Source of the DNA: an uncultured Chlamydiae bacterium
GTDB taxonomy: Bacteria > Chlamydiota > Chlamydiia > Chlamydiales > SM23-39
Direction of reading: 5' to 3'
Assembly: GCA_963730605.1 (NCBI GenBank)
Contig: CAVSSM010000002.1
Coordinates: forward strand, 288,001 to 352,000
Length of the DNA: 64,000 bases
The notes beneath the pieces were generated by a model that was not told where the DNA came from, did not search any database, and saw nothing but the letters and a program-made list of their open reading frames with translations. Positions 42,567 through 52,797 of this stretch are shown in pieces. Position 1 is the stretch's first letter; each line of letters begins with the position of its first letter. A program made the translations under genes and the position numbers.

Positions 42567-42611
42567 TCCTTTGAAAACATTTATGGTCCGGTACTAGCAT
42601 GCAATTAAAGC

Positions 42612-43748
42612 ATGTATACCCTGGACCGCAAGGAACGTCAGGAACTCGACCGATTATATCGTCGTTTCGAGCAAGCGTCAAAGGAGATGGTCGGCTATCC
42701 CATCTCTCTATTTTTCGATTATTCCAAACTTTTCCGCTTCTTAAAATTCCACATTAACAATTTAGGAGACCCGTTCCTGCGCAGTTGGCACTACAGGACA
42801 AACACCTTGGAGATAGAAAAAAAGGTGATCACCCGCTTTGCCGAGCTCTTCCATGCGCCCAAGAATCACTTCTGGGGCTATGTGACCAATGGCGGGACCG
42901 AAGGGAACATGTACGGCCTTTACGTCGCCAGGGAAATGTACCCAAATGGCGTGGTCTACTATTCGGACCAGACTCACTACAGCGTCCCTAAGGTTCTGAA
43001 ACTTTTGAAGATGCCGGGAGTCAAAATCAAGAGCGACGAGAAGGGCGAATTGGATTATGTGGCCCTCCAGAATGCTTTGGATGAAAATACCCCGATCATT
43101 TTAGCCAATATCGGGACCACCATGAAAGGGGCGGTGGACGATATCGTCAAGATCAAGGAGATTCTCTCCGATTTGAAGATCAAGAAATACTACATTCACT
43201 GCGACGCGGCTTTTTTTGGCATGATCCTTCCTTTTTTGCCCAAATTGGAAGCGCAGCCGTTCGACTTCCGGACAGGCATCGATAGCATCGCGATCAGCGG
43301 CCACAAAATGATCGGCACTCCGATTCCTTGCGGCGTTTGCCTTTGCAAAAAATCGAACATGAAAAATATCGGCTCCTACATCGAGTATACGGGAGCCAAG
43401 GACAATACCATTACGGGATCGCGAAATGGGCTCAGTCCCTTATTCCTCTGGCATGAATTGAACTCTCTAAAGGACGGAAAGTTCGAGAAATTAATCCGGC
43501 ATTGCATCGAGTTGGCCGGCTATGCCATCCAGAAGTTCCATGAAGTTGGCGTTCGGGCTTGGCGCAATAAAAATTCGATCATCGTCATCTTTCCTAAGCC
43601 CTCCGAGAAACTCATCCGAAAATGGCAGCTTGCCTTCGAAGGAGACCTCTCACACCTCGTCGCTTTGCCCCACCTGACTCATAAGCTCATCGATGGACTC
43701 GTCGCTCAAATTGCAGCCGATTTGAAAAAGAAACGCGTCAGGCGATGA
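42612..43748 (+). CDS. PLP-dependent group II decarboxylase, histidine decarboxylase-like
   Basis: GYP, NNLGDP, WGYVTNGGTEGNMYG, HYSV.K, HCDAA, SGHKMIG.PIPCG (PLP lysine), GSRNG. Confidence 0.88.
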   Translation: MYTLDRKERQELDRLYRRFEQASKEMVGYPISLFFDYSKLFRFLKFHINNLGDPFLRSWHYRTNTLEIEKKVITRFAELFHAPKNHFWGYVTNGGTEGNMYGLYVAREMYPNGVVYYSDQTHYSVPKVLKLLKMPGVKIKSDEKGELDYVALQNALDENTPIILANIGTTMKGAVDDIVKIKEILSDLKIKKYYIHCDAAFFGMILPFLPKLEAQPFDFRTGIDSIAISGHKMIGTPIPCGVCLCKKSNMKNIGSYIEYTGAKDNTITGSRNGLSPLFLWHELNSLKDGKFEKLIRHCIELAGYAIQKFHEVGVRAWRNKNSIIVIFPKPSEKLIRKWQLAFEGDLSHLVALPHLTHKLIDGLVAQIAADLKKKRVRR

Positions 43749-44983
43749 ATATAACACTCACCCAAAAATCGGAAAAATCGATCATTTTTGCCGTCACCAT
43801 CGGCAATTTCCTCGAGTGGTATGAACTCTATCTCTACGTTTATTGGGCCCCCATCTTTTCGAAGCTCTTCTTTAAGTCCGATGAAGTGATAAGCCTCTTT
43901 TTCGTCTTTATGATTTTCGGCGTCGGGTTTTTGGCCCGCCCACTTGGCGGCCTTTTCTTCGGCAGGCTCGGAGACCGGATCGGACGAAGGAAGGCCCTCA
44001 TCCTCTCGGTCCTTTCCATGATCATTCCGACCTTCTGCACAGGGCTAATGCCAACGCGAACCGAGATTGGGATTGCCGCTCCGATCCTCCTGACAGTGAT
44101 GCGGATTCTCCAATCCTTCCCCGCTGGAGGCGAACTGCCCGGCGCCTTTTGCTACCTCTATGAAATCGCCCCTCCTGCCAAAAGAAGGTTCATGTGCAGT
44201 TGGTCTGGCGTGGGCTATCAATTGGGCATCCTCGTCGCAATCATCGAATGTTTCCTCATCGAATACTTCCTAACGCCTAAACATCTCTACACGTGGGGAT
44301 GGCGCGCCTCATTCATAGTCGGAGGGCTCCTCGGCTTTCTTGGCCTTATGTTGCGAAGAAGACTTCATGAAACTCCCCTTTTCCGCGAAATGGCCACGCA
44401 TGAAAAAATCGTTCGCGCTCCGCTCCAACATGTAATCGGCCACTATAAATATCCGATTCTCCTCGGCATCCTATTTTGCGCATTCAATTCCAGCGCCTTC
44501 TATTTCCTCTCCATCAACTTCCCCGTAAGTTTTAAGGAAAGCTCAACTCTTGGCCTTCTCGGCACGATCGGGATCCTACTGTTTATTACGATCCCCCTCC
44601 CTTTTCTTGGGGCTCTCGGAGACCGCTACGACAATAAAAAAATGCTGATCGGCTCGTGCAGCGCGATGCTTTTTCTCCTTGTCCCTTATTATTATCTTTC
44701 CTCGCCCCTTTGGATCCTTGCGGTCGCCCTCCTTTTCTGCTTCTTTTTTACGGTCCTCACCGCCCTGATTCCCTATATCCTCGCCGATCTCTTTCCCACC
44801 TCCGCCCGTTTCACCTGCGTCGCCTTGAGCTTCAACCTCTCCGATGCGATCATCGGTGGATTCACCCCGGCTGCCGCGCTCTACCTCATCCACGCAACTG
44901 GAAATCCTTCGGCCTTTTGCTGGATTCTCGCTATCGTAGCGCTTTTATCGCTTAGCTCCTACTTCGCGATCCGAAGAAAGTGA
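43745..44983 (+). CDS. MFS transporter, MHS/ProP-like family
   Basis: GNFLEWY, RPLGG.FFGRLGDRIGRR, GGELPGA, WGWR, ETPLF; ATGA overlap with the decarboxylase gene. Confidence 0.9.
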   Translation: MNITLTQKSEKSIIFAVTIGNFLEWYELYLYVYWAPIFSKLFFKSDEVISLFFVFMIFGVGFLARPLGGLFFGRLGDRIGRRKALILSVLSMIIPTFCTGLMPTRTEIGIAAPILLTVMRILQSFPAGGELPGAFCYLYEIAPPAKRRFMCSWSGVGYQLGILVAIIECFLIEYFLTPKHLYTWGWRASFIVGGLLGFLGLMLRRRLHETPLFREMATHEKIVRAPLQHVIGHYKYPILLGILFCAFNSSAFYFLSINFPVSFKESSTLGLLGTIGILLFITIPLPFLGALGDRYDNKKMLIGSCSAMLFLLVPYYYLSSPLWILAVALLFCFFFTVLTALIPYILADLFPTSARFTCVALSFNLSDAIIGGFTPAAALYLIHATGNPSAFCWILAIVALLSLSSYFAIRRK

Positions 44984-45084
44984 AATTCTGGAAGGCCTAT
45001 GGAAAACGCCTCACGATTTGCGTTGAACTTCATCAAATAATGATTTGTCTGTTGTTCGTATTGTTTTTAATCAGAAAACCTGAT

Positions 45085-45100
45085 ATCATGATCTCATGAT
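45085..45100. promoter_or_regulatory. Possible TA operator (two TCATGA palindromes)
   Basis: atcatgatctcatgat just upstream of the AGGAG RBS of the antitoxin. Confidence 0.35.
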
Positions 45101-45115
45101 TCTGTAGGAGAATTT

Positions 45116-45415
45116 ATGGAAAAAACAAAGAGAAAGAGAAGATTCGGGCGATCGCAAAAGAAGCCGGTTTTGCGGGCCAAGAGAAAGAAAACGCGGGTTA
45201 CGGTCGACTTTCTTCCGGATGAACACAAACGCCTTAAGGCAATGGCTGCCCTACAAGGAGTTACTCTTCAAGACTTGATCATCAACTGCGTCGACGAGAA
45301 GATGCACAAGCCGAACGCCAAGACGGTAGAGATCATCCGCAAAGCAGAAAGAGGCGAAGACTTAGTAGAATGCAAAGACATCGAAGACTTCATTAAAAAG
45401 ATGGGTTTAAATTGA
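45116..45415 (+). CDS. Type II antitoxin (paralogue of 28066..28305)
   Basis: RVTVDF...HKRLKAMAA..GVTLQDL...KPNAKT. Confidence 0.8.
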   Translation: MEKTKRKRRFGRSQKKPVLRAKRKKTRVTVDFLPDEHKRLKAMAALQGVTLQDLIINCVDEKMHKPNAKTVEIIRKAERGEDLVECKDIEDFIKKMGLN

Positions 45416-45678
45416 AGACAATTGTATTTACTAATGAATTTAAAAAATAATTTAAATTAACCAAGAAGAGGGATAAGAAGGAAGAGAAGCTTCTAGCTAT
45501 TGTCCGTCTCTTGCAGAATGAGGAAAAGATTCCTGAAAGACACCGACTACATGTTCTTGTCGGCGACTTCAAAGGCTGCCACGAGCTTCATATTGAGCCA
45601 GACTGGTTGTTAATCTTCAAAGAGACTGGCAATTCGATCATTTTACTAAGAACCGGAACGCATTCTGACCTGTTCTAG
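45412..45678 (+). pseudogene. YafQ-family toxin with a premature stop
   Basis: Manual translation from TTG: MKTIVFTNEFKK*FKL...HELHIEPDWLLIF...LRTGTHSDLF; in-frame TAA at 45448-50. Confidence 0.88.
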
Positions 45679-45733
45679 ATATCTAAATCCTTAAATTTCA
45701 TACGTAGGATAATTATGAGTTAGCCAAGTCTAC

Positions 45734-46000
45734 TCAACCTGTCATGAACTCGAGGAGGCGCTCCCCTTCGATATATCCTGCAAACACCTGAGCCGTCAGG
45801 AAATACTGTCCGGTTGCCAAGTTCATAGAGATCCCCGTCCCCGTTTTCGCATACACCTTGCCCACAGCCGTTGTCCCCTTCCCAAAGTCTTGCAAGAAGC
45901 CATCAACGCCAAGGACAGGCAGCCCTTTGAAAAATTTTTGGAACTTTGCTTTTGGCCATTTTCTCACGTATTCGAGCAATCTGACCTCCGCCTGGCTGCG
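45734..46000 (-). pseudogene. dacB: D-Ala-D-Ala carboxypeptidase/endopeptidase (peptidase S13), C-terminal fragment
   Basis: LPVLGVDG...VYAKTGT...AGYI. Confidence 0.75.
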
Positions 46001-46254
46001 CGCGGCTTGAAAGTTGGAATTATGCATGGACGCCTCGAACGCGGCGTTTCTCTATGAGAGGGCTATGTCAAGAGATTTGTCATGCAAATTCCCTGGCAAC
46101 TTATGTTAGGTTCGTGGACAATTTCTTAGGATTTTAAAAAGATTAATGAGATGCGTACAATTTATTTTTCAAAAAATTATTTCATTTTTTATTTTATACA
46201 AATGCTATATAACGTGTTTGCTGATTAAGAATTATATTTATTGCTAGGGAATCG

Positions 46255-48612
46255 ATGACAACCTCAATTTTAAACGCTGCTGCAGCTCTGGCTGCCTCAA
46301 CATCCTTCGGAGATCACTTTTCCGCTTCATTTACTGCACGTTCGCCAATCCAGAATCTTGCCGTCTCGGTCATGAAAATCTTCGTTTCGACACTTTTAGT
46401 CGCTCCCAAAGTCGCAGCAATTCCCTATCCAGATTTTTACTCAGAATGTATGATGATTGATGATACCGAGCCAGGCTATCGAAGCTATCCCAGCTATCCA
46501 GCATGCCTATCGTCCAACTATCTAAATTGTAGGTCATTCGACTGCTTTGATTTGGATGAAAAATTCTTAAGATACGAGGAAAAAAGAGTAATCGAAGCGC
46601 TCGATACAGCCAATTCTCCACTCCAAATCTCTGAAGCTCAAGAATATTTCCGATTACGAAGCGATGATACCCGAGAAAAAGCCATCGTTCTTTCAACTAG
46701 TCCTTCGATGGGAATTGATCCTTGGGACCTGAGCAATATACTCCTACAACTTAATAAAAAATTGGATCTACAGTATGCTCTATTTTCATCTGTCAAAGAG
46801 ATGTGCGAGATAATAGAGGAAGGCGCAAAAACCGGAAAATTAGTAAATATTTATGTCGCTGCATTCAATGAAGACAGCCTTTCGACGGTACTAGATCCGG
46901 GTATACCTTACCTCAAGAGCTGCTTTAAAGGTCTGCAAGATTCGGGAAAAATTGTATTATTGGGATTTGATTGTGGATCTCCAAAGAACGGGGATCCATA
47001 TGACAATATCGCTCAGACCATTGCTGTCGTTGGACAGAAGGCCGTGGTTGCTTTTGACAGTAATAATGATCAGGCACTGATTGATCTCATCGAAACAATA
47101 AATCCATTTGCAATATCTGGGTCGTCCCCAAACAATCCTCAAAAAGGTATCTTTAAAATTTTCTACCCTGATTGCGATGCAACAACAAAATCTACTTCTT
47201 CAAATCCAAATTGCATCTGCCCACCATGCCTTGACCTCGATGAACAAAAGCTGCATCCAAGAGAGCGCATGGCGATGCAAATCCTATCCGTTGGCCAACA
47301 GCCTTTTAAAGAAACGCAGGAAGCGCTGCGATTGCAACGAGACGACAAAAGAGATAAACTACTTTTTCTCGTTGCACCTCCTAGCACTGATAAAGATAAA
47401 TATGGGAACGATAAAAACGTTTTAATTCCTCCGCATATTATCCCTTTACTAAAAGGAATAAATCAAAGATACGACATGAAGTATAAGATTATTTTTTCAT
47501 ACGATGAAGTATGCAAAGAGATAAAGGATGCTGCTAAAGTTGGAAGATTACCCAATGTGGTGATTGAAGGTCACGGCATCCCTAGAGGAACCTGTTTGGC
47601 AAACGAATGTAAATCATGGAATGATTGGTTGAGCGATTTCAATTCTGACCTTTCCTCTTGCTTTGATGGTTTGCAGCCATCTGGAAGAATCGCTTTAATT
47701 AGCTGTAATGTGGGGGCTCCTGAAGGGGACGACGTTTATAATAATTTTGCCCACCGCCTTGCCGAAAAAACAAAAGGAACTGTTCTCGCAGCCAGATCTT
47801 TTGTTTCTCCTGGTTTTGTGCATTTGCTATCGGAAGATCCCCTGATGCTATATCACTCATCGGAACCCCATCCGTCTCGAGATATCCCAGATTCCAATAT
47901 TTTTAGAATCTTTCAATCTCACTATCCTACTTGCTCCAACATGGAATGGAATAAATTACACGACCGGGAACTTGTCGCAATTGAAGCAATCAATGAGTAT
48001 TACAAATCTCGATCGCTTATGCCATTCTCTCCTGATTGGGCAAAATCCCAAGAGCATGTCCGGCTTTGCAAAGAAGATCCCAAAGATAAATTGCTTTTTC
48101 TCTCCACCGCTTATGATCCTAATAAACAGATGGATCCTCGTTTAAATCCAGAGTTTTTTGGTCGAATCGCTGATAAATTCGATTGGAAATATAAAGTTGT
48201 TAAAAAAGCCAATGACATCTGCGATGAAATCACCAAGGCTTCCAAACTTGGGAAATTAAGAGCGGTAATCCTTCAAGGATATTACGATCCAACGCCAGAA
48301 AATCGCTTGGTTTTATGGAGAGAAACAGACCCAGGGGATCCGTCTAAGAAAGAAGAGCTTGTTTTAAACAAGATAGAGCATTCCTGCGTTTCTGCATTGG
48401 ATCCATCAAGCGCTATTTTTCTTCTTTCTGCAAATCAAAAGTTTGATTTCAACACAATCCAGGAAGTTGCGAATGAAATACGAAGGACTATAGTTGCTTC
48501 AGATACTTATATCCCATTCAATCAACAAAAAATTCGATCCTTCGAACCATTTGCATTAACCTCAAGCGCATCCCAATCTAAGCATGATTTTCGAGAATTT
48601 TATCCATACTAA
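46255..48612 (+). CDS. Cys-rich protein with three tandem caspase/clan-CD-like alpha/beta domains
   Basis: Three roughly 230-aa internal repeats; the middle one has VVIEGHG and IALISCNVG. Confidence 0.65.
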   Translation: MTTSILNAAAALAASTSFGDHFSASFTARSPIQNLAVSVMKIFVSTLLVAPKVAAIPYPDFYSECMMIDDTEPGYRSYPSYPACLSSNYLNCRSFDCFDLDEKFLRYEEKRVIEALDTANSPLQISEAQEYFRLRSDDTREKAIVLSTSPSMGIDPWDLSNILLQLNKKLDLQYALFSSVKEMCEIIEEGAKTGKLVNIYVAAFNEDSLSTVLDPGIPYLKSCFKGLQDSGKIVLLGFDCGSPKNGDPYDNIAQTIAVVGQKAVVAFDSNNDQALIDLIETINPFAISGSSPNNPQKGIFKIFYPDCDATTKSTSSNPNCICPPCLDLDEQKLHPRERMAMQILSVGQQPFKETQEALRLQRDDKRDKLLFLVAPPSTDKDKYGNDKNVLIPPHIIPLLKGINQRYDMKYKIIFSYDEVCKEIKDAAKVGRLPNVVIEGHGIPRGTCLANECKSWNDWLSDFNSDLSSCFDGLQPSGRIALISCNVGAPEGDDVYNNFAHRLAEKTKGTVLAARSFVSPGFVHLLSEDPLMLYHSSEPHPSRDIPDSNIFRIFQSHYPTCSNMEWNKLHDRELVAIEAINEYYKSRSLMPFSPDWAKSQEHVRLCKEDPKDKLLFLSTAYDPNKQMDPRLNPEFFGRIADKFDWKYKVVKKANDICDEITKASKLGKLRAVILQGYYDPTPENRLVLWRETDPGDPSKKEELVLNKIEHSCVSALDPSSAIFLLSANQKFDFNTIQEVANEIRRTIVASDTYIPFNQQKIRSFEPFALTSSASQSKHDFREFYPY

Positions 48613-48626
48613 AATAAAGGCGACTT

Positions 48627-49988
48627 ATGACAGCGATTCATCGCTCAAAAGGAACTACAGCATTTCCTCTTCAAAACAAGGTCAATGCGTCTCAGACGAA
48701 TCGATTGAAGCCAATTGCAACCAGGCCGGCTTGGATGAAAGCGGCTCTTGGGATCATGAGCCTTGTGGGGGGTGCAATCATCTCATATGCCGTCATAAGC
48801 TCTACTTCCAATATACCAAAAAAACATGCACCGCCTCCACATGTGCCGCCTCCAGTTATTATCCCAGATATTACCACCTGTAAAGCATGCCTTCCTTTAA
48901 TGAGCGATTTTTCGAAAAATCTTTTAACTAAATTGGCTTCATCAGATCATAGTTCCTGGATTTCACCGCTTACTGTGATGGCCGTTACCGGCATGTTATT
49001 TGCAGGAGCTTCGGATAACACAAAAAATCTTATAGCCCAGAAATTAAAACCAAATGAAATAAACGAACAAGATTTTATTTCTTGTTTAGGAAAAATCTCA
49101 CGTCAATTAGATGGAACGAATGACATTATTAAACCGGAAGGTCTTGTCATCAATCAATCTTTTTTGGGTCTCATTCAAAATGATTATAACTTAAAACAAA
49201 CAGATAATGCTGATCAAGAAATCCACGAATTAATTGCAAAAATATCAGATGATCAGTTTGATCCTCTTGCAAATAACCTCTCTTTCATTTTACAGTCAAA
49301 AAACGAATTTAAAGCATCATGGGCGGCGCCTTTTAAACCTGAGCATACGATCCAAAAGTCTTTTGATTTTGGGAGCGGAAAATCAGAAACTGTTTGGATG
49401 ATGCGCCAAATCAATCATTTTGACTATTACGAAGAGAAAGACGATTTTAAATTAGTCCGAATTCCCTATCAGTCAAAAAATGGAAGAAATTTTTATAAAT
49501 TGATCTTTTTACCCAACAACGCCGAAAGATTGAGCGATCTTGAAAGCCGTTTGAGTATGGAGTTTATTAAAGATTGTTTGAAAAAACTTCAATCTCAGCG
49601 GGTCGAACTCATGATTCCTAAACTTCACATTGAAAAAACCTACAAGCTCAAAAAAGCTTTTCATGAAATGCAGTTGCTGGCGGATGTTGGCTTTTCAAAA
49701 ATTGTGCCAGGTGCATTCTTAAAAGAAATTTTCCATAAAACCATCTTGAAAGAGGATGAGAGTGGGTCCTCTGCCGCCTCTCGAACAATTGCTCTCATGT
49801 ACGTCATATCCAGCGAACACAATCCTTTTGAACCAGCTCCTTTACCTTTTCATGCCGATCACAGCTTCCATCAAGTGATTATAGAAGGGGAAGATTTGAT
49901 TCTTTTCCGTGGAAGTGTTGCGGATTCTTCTGCTTTTCCCAAGGGTAACTATTCACATCCCCCTCCTTCGTCGGGGGATGGAAAATAA
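48627..49988 (+). CDS. Serpin family protein with an N-terminal TM anchor and Pro-rich linker
   Basis: ISPLTV, FKASWAAPF, V.MM.Q, RIPY, LIFLP, IPK, DESGSSAAS hinge, FHADHSF...ILFRG. Confidence 0.88.
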   Translation: MTAIHRSKGTTAFPLQNKVNASQTNRLKPIATRPAWMKAALGIMSLVGGAIISYAVISSTSNIPKKHAPPPHVPPPVIIPDITTCKACLPLMSDFSKNLLTKLASSDHSSWISPLTVMAVTGMLFAGASDNTKNLIAQKLKPNEINEQDFISCLGKISRQLDGTNDIIKPEGLVINQSFLGLIQNDYNLKQTDNADQEIHELIAKISDDQFDPLANNLSFILQSKNEFKASWAAPFKPEHTIQKSFDFGSGKSETVWMMRQINHFDYYEEKDDFKLVRIPYQSKNGRNFYKLIFLPNNAERLSDLESRLSMEFIKDCLKKLQSQRVELMIPKLHIEKTYKLKKAFHEMQLLADVGFSKIVPGAFLKEIFHKTILKEDESGSSAASRTIALMYVISSEHNPFEPAPLPFHADHSFHQVIIEGEDLILFRGSVADSSAFPKGNYSHPPPSSGDGK

Positions 49989-49996
49989 GAACTATA

Positions 49997-51302
49997 GTAT
50001 TTGTTCAGGGGGTATAGCAAATTTTTTAGGTGAATATTCGCCAACATGCTAAGCTAGAACAGCATGAACGCCAGTTACGAAGAGCTGCTCACAGAAATTC
50101 GATTGCTCCGTAGTGAGGTGGCCTCGCTCAAGGTCGAAAACTTCAGACTACGTGAAGAAAATGCCCGTTTGAAAGAACAGATCGACCTCAATTCCAAAAA
50201 CAGTTCCAAGCCACCCTCAACGGACCAAAAAGGCAAGAATGATGCCCCCAAGAAAAAAGATGGGGCAAAGCTTGGTCACCCCGGCCATTTTCGTCCCCTG
50301 TTCTCAGCAGCTCAAGTTGATGCCTTTGTCAACCTACGAGCAGAAAATTGCCCATCCTGTGGAGAAGCAGTGCAGCCATCAGGTGAACCACCCTCGGTTC
50401 ACCAACAAGTGGAAATAGCCCCTAAGCCATACATCGTCACTCAATATAACCGAGAAAGCTTCTACTGCCCCTGCTGCAGAAAATATGGGGTAGCCCCACT
50501 TCCCAGCCATGTCGGCCCATCGGCATTTGGAACACGACTGTCTGCCTTCATGGGGTTCCTGACTGGTACATGCCGACTAAGCCGTCGGATTGCATTAAGC
50601 ATCCTGCAAGAAGGGCTCGATCTTCGAGCAGCAGTTGGAACCCAGAGCAATATAGAAAATCGTATGTCAGCCGCTCTTAAGCCATCGTACGAAGAGATCG
50701 AAAAGCAGGTGCATGGTAGTAACGAAACAAAACATGTTGAAGAAACAGGTTGGAAATGCTGGGGAAAACGAGCATTTGTATGGATTATGTCCACTGCATC
50801 CGGGGCCGTGTACAAGATCCAGGAAGGGAGAGGAGCCGAATGCAGAGATGCCCTATTAGGCACTACTGCAACAAAACGTGTAGCCTTCGTTACTGACAGG
50901 TTAGCAATTTATCGCTTCCAGTGGCCACATCAGTTCTGTCTTGCTCATCTCAAACGGGACATAAAGCGTTTTGCCGAGCGAGCAGGTCTCGATGGCGAGT
51001 GGGGCCAAGTGATGCTAGAATATCTCAAAACGATCTTCGAACTCTGGCGAGACTACCGGGAAAAACGGAGAAGCCGGCGTTCATTTAGACGCAAAAGCAG
51101 GCAGTACCGAGATGATTTTGCATATGGGCTACTGGTTGCATCTACGAAAGGCAAGCATAGCGCCTCCCTCAAACGGTTCGCCCGAGCTCTCTTGCGGAGG
51201 GCGCAAAATCTGTGGATTTTTGCCACTCGAGATGGCGTAGAGCCAACGAACAATCAGGCTGAAAGGGATCTAAGAGGGATCGTGATTACCCGTAGAAATT
51301 AG
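49997..51302 (+). mobile_element. IS66-family element, 3'-truncated (transposase 50064..51302)
   Basis: Left end gtatttgttcag; coiled coil, NSKNSSKPPS, CPSC/CPCC, ETGW, QFCLAHLKR, PTNNQAERDLR. Confidence 0.88.
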
Positions 51303-51321
51303 CTAAGGACGATTCTACTCA

Positions 51322-51676
51322 TGTCGAAGGTAAAAAAATGTCAAAAATTGGACTTAATCTGACACCCGTGCTATGAGCACGTAAAAAGAACCTAAATGAA
51401 AAGAGACCGAACCAGTACCGCTGGCCGGCCCCTTTTTGATTAACTATGGTGTCAATCATGAATGTAACACAAAATGAAAAAGTGATCAAAAACAAATTAG
51501 GCCTACTCAACCTGGCTAGAACCCTCGGGAATGTCACCCAGGCCTGTCGTACACTGGGTTACTCCAGGGACAGCTTCTATCGATTTAAAGAACTCTACGA
51601 GAACGGTGGAGAGATCGCGCTGCAGGAGATTAGCCGCAGAAAACCATGCATGAAAAATCGTGTTGAAGAGAATATG
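51322..51676 (+). mobile_element. IS481-family 5' fragment
   Basis: [38 protein letters not shown]-starting left end; truncated next to IS630. Confidence 0.8.
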
Positions 51677-51678
51677 TA

Positions 51679-52795
51679 TACCCAAGGAAATTCAAAACTT
51701 GGCAGCAGGTGCCTGAAAGGGACTAAATTTATCCCTAACCCGGCTTCTTAAATCCCGGCCTAAAGTTGACTCCGCGGTCACAGTCGCCAATACAGCGAAA
51801 AAACCAAGAATCGCTCCTCTAAAGTCTTCAAAGTACTCGTAATAAGTATTGTAAACTACCCGCTCCTTCATCCATTTCCACAGTCGTTCTATCGGGTTTA
51901 GATTGGGGCTATAGGGCGGTAAAAAGTGCAAACAAACTTTTGCCGTTTCTAGGTACTGCCTCACAGCCCTATTCCGATAGTACGGTGCATTATCGCAAAA
52001 TACATGGATCTTTCGTTTACTCGGGTAAAATTCTTCGATCTTTTGGAAAAACCGGATTATCGATTCTGCGTTTAAAGTCTCGTCTTCTTGGATTACCACA
52101 CTGTGGGTGATGACATCGATGCTCCCTGAAAGATTGAGCCTGGCACGTCCTGTGTTTGCTGGGATCTCTTTACGCACGCCTTTTTTGATCCACCCATAAG
52201 CAGGCTGCACATTGTGCGTTGGATGAACGCCGTCAATAAAGCAGATAGTCTCATCCTCGAGGAGTTCTGCCTTGAGTTTCTCGTATCCGGCGAGCCACTT
52301 TTGTTGCTGCTCTTTGTTGGCTTTCCCGGGTACAACGGCGGGTTTTTTGTAGGAAAATCCGTGTCTTCGCAGCCAATCCCTCAATCCGTGGACGGTATAG
52401 ACAATACCGAAAGTCACTTCTACATATGCGACGATATCCTTGACGTAAAGGTACGTGTGTTCTTGAAGATGAGCCTCAAGTTGCTCGGACTGCGTTTGGG
52501 ATAGTTTCTCCTCGGAGCCGCCGCTTTCGGGGCGCAATTTTTTCGACGTTTTGTATGCGTCAACATGGTGACGAACTGCTTCGTCAGAAATCAACAGAAC
52601 CCTGGCAATGTCTTTGGGAGCCCACCCCTCATCATAGAGGAGAACAGCCTTTATTCGATCACGCACCCGCCCATCGCGGTCCCCCCGGTGCCGGAGTTTG
52701 AGTTCCTGTCGTTCTGAGTCGGTTAAAAAATTCACGCAGCCATTGTGCAGTCAAGGGAAATTTTCACGCATCAAAATTTTGAATCACGAGCGGTA
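51679..52795 (-). mobile_element. IS630-family element, copy 3 (transposase 51692..52735)
   Basis: Same 1117-bp element in reverse orientation; flanking TA at 51677-78 and 52796-97. Confidence 0.95.
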
Positions 52796-52797
52796 TA

